Virus record (IMG/VR): IMGVR_UViG_3300045988_081729 | Source of the DNA: a virus | Strand: one strand, 5' to 3' | DNA length: 42,398 bases | Translations under genes and position numbers: made by a program | The notes under the pieces: generated by a model | What the model was told of the DNA's origin: nothing | The model's input: the letters and a program-made list of their open reading frames with translations, nothing else | Database searches by the model: none | In this document: one piece after another, positions 38,873-42,398 of the stretch | Position numbering within the stretch: the stretch's first letter is position 1 | How the letters are laid out: each line of letters starts with the position of its first letter

Positions 38873-39808
38873 ATGGGAATTTTAGACTTTCTTTTTGGTA
38901 AAAGCAAAGCAGTTGAAAAGCTTGACAAAAATACCATTTACCAAAAATATTATACGGACTATCCTGAAAAACCATATATTTCTAACGAAAGAAATATACG
39001 AGAATGGTTGGAGCGTGCAGAAATGTTTCCAAGTCAATCTTTAGTTTCGAGAAATATGATGGTTCGTTATAATGATGGCTTATTACCTGGTCACATTTAC
39101 ATGTTATACTGGTTAAAAAAATACAGTAATAAAAAAACACCTGCATATTTTGAATATGAATATGGAATTGACTTCGTAGCAGAAAAAACATTTTTAAAAA
39201 GAAATGGCTATCTTGACGAATTAGATAAGCCAACCCCGAAAGGGAATTTAGCAATACAACGTCACTCATCCGTTATCGAAGAAAGACATCCTTCACCAAG
39301 GTATTCTGGAGTTCCTGATGCTTCTTCTCCTGTTATACTGCCTGTCGGCAGAAATATACCGAGTAGCTTAAAACATGGAATTATAACAGTTCCTTCGTCT
39401 GATAAAGTCCTAATTGAAAAAGAATTTAAACAACTAAATAAGCTCATTTCATTTGCTCTTAAACAAGCTCATTTGAGCAATCGTCTATCCATAGATACGA
39501 ATAAATTTCTGTATTCTACAGATTTTACTTTTTATGAAGCATGTCCTTACACGCAAACGGGTAAATTGTCTAAATATCCTTTGTCCCTCCATTACGCATA
39601 TGCTTCTCATAAAGATCTCAATCCTCCGCAAGATTATTTCGGGGAAATTCATTATATGCAAAACGGAAGCATCGGCAAAGCTCGTTTAATTTTTTGGCAA
39701 AAAAAACATGGTTTCATGATACATCTAGCTAAATCAGGTGGAAAATTATCTGTAAAAAAAGTAGAAAAAATCACAGATGCTAAGTGGGAAACCATATATA
39801 AACTTTAA
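38873..39808 (+). CDS. Orphan 311-aa protein, AT-rich, in the lysogeny orientation. Function unknown.
   Basis: Long uninterrupted ORF, visibly more AT-rich than the structural genes. N-terminus MGILDFLFGKSK. No catalytic motif recognised. Weak RBS (GAAGG, 11 nt). Confidence 0.65.
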   Translation: MGILDFLFGKSKAVEKLDKNTIYQKYYTDYPEKPYISNERNIREWLERAEMFPSQSLVSRNMMVRYNDGLLPGHIYMLYWLKKYSNKKTPAYFEYEYGIDFVAEKTFLKRNGYLDELDKPTPKGNLAIQRHSSVIEERHPSPRYSGVPDASSPVILPVGRNIPSSLKHGIITVPSSDKVLIEKEFKQLNKLISFALKQAHLSNRLSIDTNKFLYSTDFTFYEACPYTQTGKLSKYPLSLHYAYASHKDLNPPQDYFGEIHYMQNGSIGKARLIFWQKKHGFMIHLAKSGGKLSVKKVEKITDAKWETIYKL

Positions 39809-39894
39809 TTAATCCGTAATTTTTTGAATTGTTAAACGTATGTACATGGGATATTGTATCCCGCACAAAATACATTTCAAAAAGGAGAATGTCT

Positions 39895-40575
39895 ATGAAA
39901 AAGAAAATCGTAACCCTCATTCTGGCAACTGCCCTCACCGCATCCGCTCTGACTGCCTGCGGATCGTCAACCGCTTCCAGCTCCTCGAGTTCCTCAAGCT
40001 CTTCGTCTACTGCTTCCAGCAGCATCAGCGAGACCGAAACTCCAACGCCTACGGAAGAGGCAACACCGACTCCAACCGAAGAAGCCACAAGTACACAGTC
40101 CGAATCCGAAGACTCCAGCGTTCCGTGGGACTATACATCGGCTCTTAATTCAGCTGAAAGCTACAGTGAAATAATGCACATGTCAAAAGCCGGAATCTAC
40201 GATCAGTTGACCTCCGAGTATGGAGACCAATTCTCTGCCGAGGCTGCCCAGTATGCAGTTGACAATATGACCGCCGACTGGAATGCAAATGCCCTTGCAA
40301 CAGCAGAAAACTACAACGAAACGATGCATATGTCGAAAGCCGGACTCTATGACCAGCTTACATCTGAAAGTGGGGAAAAATTTACCGCTGAAGAGGCGCA
40401 GTACGCTGTCGATAATATAAATGCTGATTGGAACGCAAACGCCCTCGAGACCGCAAAAGACTACCGTGATAACATGGATATGTCGCCAGAAGCGATCCGT
40501 GATCAGCTCACCTCTGAATATGGTGAACAGTTTACCGCCGAGGAAGCCGATTACGCTATACAGAATTTAAACTAA
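39895..40575 (+). CDS. ltp: Ltp-type surface lipoprotein (superinfection exclusion) with three Ltp repeats
   Basis: Start ATG 39895 (AAGGAGA RBS). Signal peptide plus lipobox MKKKIVTLILATALTASALTAC. Ser/Thr/Pro linker. Three repeats: AL.(S/T)A..Y...M.MS...(I/L).DQLTSE.G..F(S/T)AE.A.YA(V/I).N. Confidence 0.8.
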   Translation: MKKKIVTLILATALTASALTACGSSTASSSSSSSSSSSTASSSISETETPTPTEEATPTPTEEATSTQSESEDSSVPWDYTSALNSAESYSEIMHMSKAGIYDQLTSEYGDQFSAEAAQYAVDNMTADWNANALATAENYNETMHMSKAGLYDQLTSESGEKFTAEEAQYAVDNINADWNANALETAKDYRDNMDMSPEAIRDQLTSEYGEQFTAEEADYAIQNLN

Positions 40576-40584
40576 AATAAAAAA

Positions 40585-40612
40585 CCGCCCCGGTGCGCCA
40601 ACACCAGGACGG
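40585..40612. terminator. Hairpin after ltp, with an A tract upstream only
   Basis: CCGCCCCGGTG-cgccaa-CACCAGGACGG (two mismatches), preceded by AAAATAAAAAA and with no T tract downstream. It would be a better terminator for minus-strand read-in than for ltp. Confidence 0.4.
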
Positions 40613-40628
40613 CAGTTGAAATTGATCA

Positions 40629-40674
40629 TCCAGAAAATGGACAATCACCCGGATACATAATACCATTTTCTGGA
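40629..40674. repeat. Perfect 12-bp inverted repeat upstream of the integrase gene
   Basis: TCCAGAAAATGG (40629-40640) and CCATTTTCTGGA (40663-40674), separated by a 22-nt spacer. Confidence 0.8.
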
Positions 40675-40763
40675 CACCAGAACAAGCGAAAAGTTTGTTT
40701 GGTGTTATTTTTGTACCTTTTTTTAGGCGAAACTATCAAAAAACACAAAGGAGGATGGCTATT

Positions 40764-41993
40764 ATGGCTGAAGGAGTTAGAAAAAGAGGAAAAACATGGT
40801 CGTACTATTTTGATACTGCAAAGATAAACGGCGAGAGAAAGAAAATTGAGAAAGGTGGTTTCCGGACGCAAAAAGAGGCTTTAGATGCCCGCGCGGCCGC
40901 GATCGCGCAGTATAATAATGTTGGTCGAACATTCTCACCAAAAGAAATCAGTGTTTCCGATTATCTTGACTATTGGTTAGAGACTGCAATCAAAAAGAAT
41001 ATTGATCACGGATACAGCTATAATACATACCGCGACTACGAATCCAAAATACGTTTACATTTAAAGCCAGCGTTCGGCATGTACAAATTAAGCAGCTTTC
41101 AATATGCTCCGGACAAAGTTCAGGAATGGGTTGACAACATGAAATTAAAAGGATTGTCAAAGCGTATGATTCAAAATACTTTGACCTGCCTGCAGGGCGC
41201 ATTGAACTATGCGATTATACCGCTGAAATACATTCAGGCAAATCCATGCATTCCTGTTAGGGTAGGCAAAATGCCAATAGATCCAGATGCCAAAGCTCAC
41301 GCAGAATATGTATGCCCTGTTGAAGAATTCGAACGAATCCTGCAGCGTTTTCCACCCGAAAACTATTTTCATCTTTCCCTGGTAGTTCCATACAACTGCG
41401 GAACCCGAATAAGCGAAACATTTGCAATTGACCTAAACGAAGACGTAGATTTCCAGAAACATGAACTGCATATCAGAGGACAGTGGCAAAAAAGGAATAA
41501 GACCTGGTACATAAAGCCACCAAAATATGACTCCTATCGTACAATCAAAATGGGAGAAACTCTGGAGCAGGCATTGAAGTACGGCATACATCAAAGAAAA
41601 TTAAACAAATTGAAATATGGCGGCGCGTATTTGAACACTTATGTCATGCCGGATAATTCCATAACTCAAATCAGGGCAGATATCCAGGTTGCTTATAAGG
41701 AAATCACCCCTCTGTGTGTCAAGGATACTGGCGAACTACTTACGCCGGACTCTTTCAAGTATTGTGCCCGGGTTGTTCATTACGAGCTTGGCAATGTATT
41801 GTTTCACTCGCACTGTCTGCGGCATACGCATGGCACTATTCTGGCCGAGGCCGGTGTGAACCCCAAAACAGTTATGGAACGGCTGGGACATAAAGATATC
41901 ACAACGACATTGCAGACATACACATTCAACACAGAGCTGATGCAGCAAACGGCAGTTGATGTATTCGAGAATGCGATTCACAAAAAAGCATAG
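40764..41993 (+). CDS. int: Tyrosine integrase (phage integrase family with an N-terminal arm-binding domain)
   Basis: Start ATG 40764 (GGAGG at 9 nt). MAEGVRKRGKTWSYYFD... arm-type N-terminus. Catalytic ...GTRISE...HCLRHTHGT...LGHKDITTTLQTYTF (R..HxxR..Y). Confidence 0.9.
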   Translation: MAEGVRKRGKTWSYYFDTAKINGERKKIEKGGFRTQKEALDARAAAIAQYNNVGRTFSPKEISVSDYLDYWLETAIKKNIDHGYSYNTYRDYESKIRLHLKPAFGMYKLSSFQYAPDKVQEWVDNMKLKGLSKRMIQNTLTCLQGALNYAIIPLKYIQANPCIPVRVGKMPIDPDAKAHAEYVCPVEEFERILQRFPPENYFHLSLVVPYNCGTRISETFAIDLNEDVDFQKHELHIRGQWQKRNKTWYIKPPKYDSYRTIKMGETLEQALKYGIHQRKLNKLKYGGAYLNTYVMPDNSITQIRADIQVAYKEITPLCVKDTGELLTPDSFKYCARVVHYELGNVLFHSHCLRHTHGTILAEAGVNPKTVMERLGHKDITTTLQTYTFNTELMQQTAVDVFENAIHKKA

Positions 41994-42000
41994 TAAAAAA

Positions 42001-42047
42001 GCGGTTGAACATCTCATTTTAGTTCAGAGTGTTCAGCCGCTTTTCTT
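42001..42047 (+). terminator. Rho-independent terminator of the integrase gene
   Basis: GCGGTTGAACA-(18 nt)-TGTTCAGCCGC (one G-U pair) followed by TTTTCTTG. Confidence 0.65.
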
Positions 42048-42072
42048 GAAAATCGGTCTATTTTATTTTTGC

Positions 42073-42094
42073 GGGTGGCAAATGGGTGGCAAAT
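42073..42094 (+). repeat. Tandem GGGTGGCAAAT x2: candidate integrase arm-type sites
   Basis: Two exact 11-bp copies. Related copies GGTGGCAGAT, GGGTGGCAAT and inverted GCCACCC occur at 42300-42326 (= 1-27). Confidence 0.5.
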
Positions 42095-42299
42095 CGACTG
42101 AACTTCCGCATTTCAAGTCAGCAAACCAGCTTATTTCCTAGAAAGTAGACACACAGTTTCAACGTGCACCGTATATCACCATCATATCATAAGCGTTCTT
42201 TTTTTATCTATCTAGTTCTATGATGATACCACAATCTGCACTTTCTTTCAATGTTTTGCATTTTAGTTATATTCGCTTCTATACCCGTACGCAAAAAGC

Positions 42300-42398
42300 G
42301 GTGGCAGATGGGTGGCAATGCCACCCATTCAAAAAATATATTGCATTGCTTCTATAATATACGTTATCAGAACATTGAAAAATGACCACAAAAAAAAC
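42300..42398. repeat. Direct terminal repeat, copy 2 (identical to 1-99)
   Basis: Same 99 bp as positions 1-99. Confidence 0.95.

Larger units (their letters stand above)
1..42398. mobile_element. Complete temperate siphovirus-type phage genome on a circularly closed contig (42,299 bp unique)
   Basis: Full set of lysogeny, replication, packaging, head, tail and lysis modules. Exact 99-bp repeat at both window ends. Integrase-attP region is continuous across the junction. Confidence 0.85.

Noticed and set aside
40626-40871. 81-aa minus-strand ORF overlapping the integrase start region
   Set aside because: It overlaps the int RBS and N-terminus in antisense, has no RBS, and has a hydrophobic low-complexity sequence.

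Overview
The window is one complete temperate siphovirus-type phage genome, closed on itself. Bases 1-99 recur exactly at 42300-42398, so the unique length is 42,299 bp. AGGAGG-type RBSs, ATGA/GTGA overlapping gene junctions, LQxFA propeptides with a phage Prp protease, an Ltp lipoprotein and YjcQ genes all point to a Firmicutes host, probably Clostridia.

Layout. Almost everything from 171 to 37765 is on the minus strand and reads right to left as one lytic programme:
- immunity switch with a perfect consensus early promoter (37.8 kb), then a Rha/KilAC antirepressor and HTH genes
- recombination/replication module: SMC-like ATPase, AAA_24/Sak4-like ATPase, DUF669, SF2 helicase, AEP primase-helicase, iteron-rich putative origin, RusA
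- orphan C5 DNA methyltransferase, then a RinA/ArpU-like late activator
- a 480-bp non-coding region holding a promoter, a tRNA-like element and a terminator
- terS, terL, portal and MuF, then a 2.5-kb accessory island inserted inside the head module
- scaffold, capsid, connectors, major tail protein, G/GT chaperones (-1 frameshift), tape measure, Dit and a 1975-aa collagen-repeat tail fibre with an S74 chaperone
- lysis cassette

The plus strand carries the lysogeny module: CI-like repressor, an AT-rich orphan 311-aa gene, a triple-repeat Ltp lipoprotein, tyrosine integrase and the attP region.

Best leads:
1. An autonomous consensus-promoter-to-terminator cassette (Zn-ribbon plus two YjcQ paralogues) inside the head operon.
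2. Next to it, a tandem DUF2829 (Tad2-like) protein and a DUF4406 protein, a candidate anti-defence cluster.
3. A phage Prp protease with LQxFA motifs on capsid, scaffold and also the major tail protein.
4. A tRNA-like RNA unit just upstream of terS that lacks a foldable anticodon arm.
5. An AT-rich orphan gene with a divergent HTH gene in the lysogeny module.

All family assignments come from motif recognition by eye. No database search or folding program was run.
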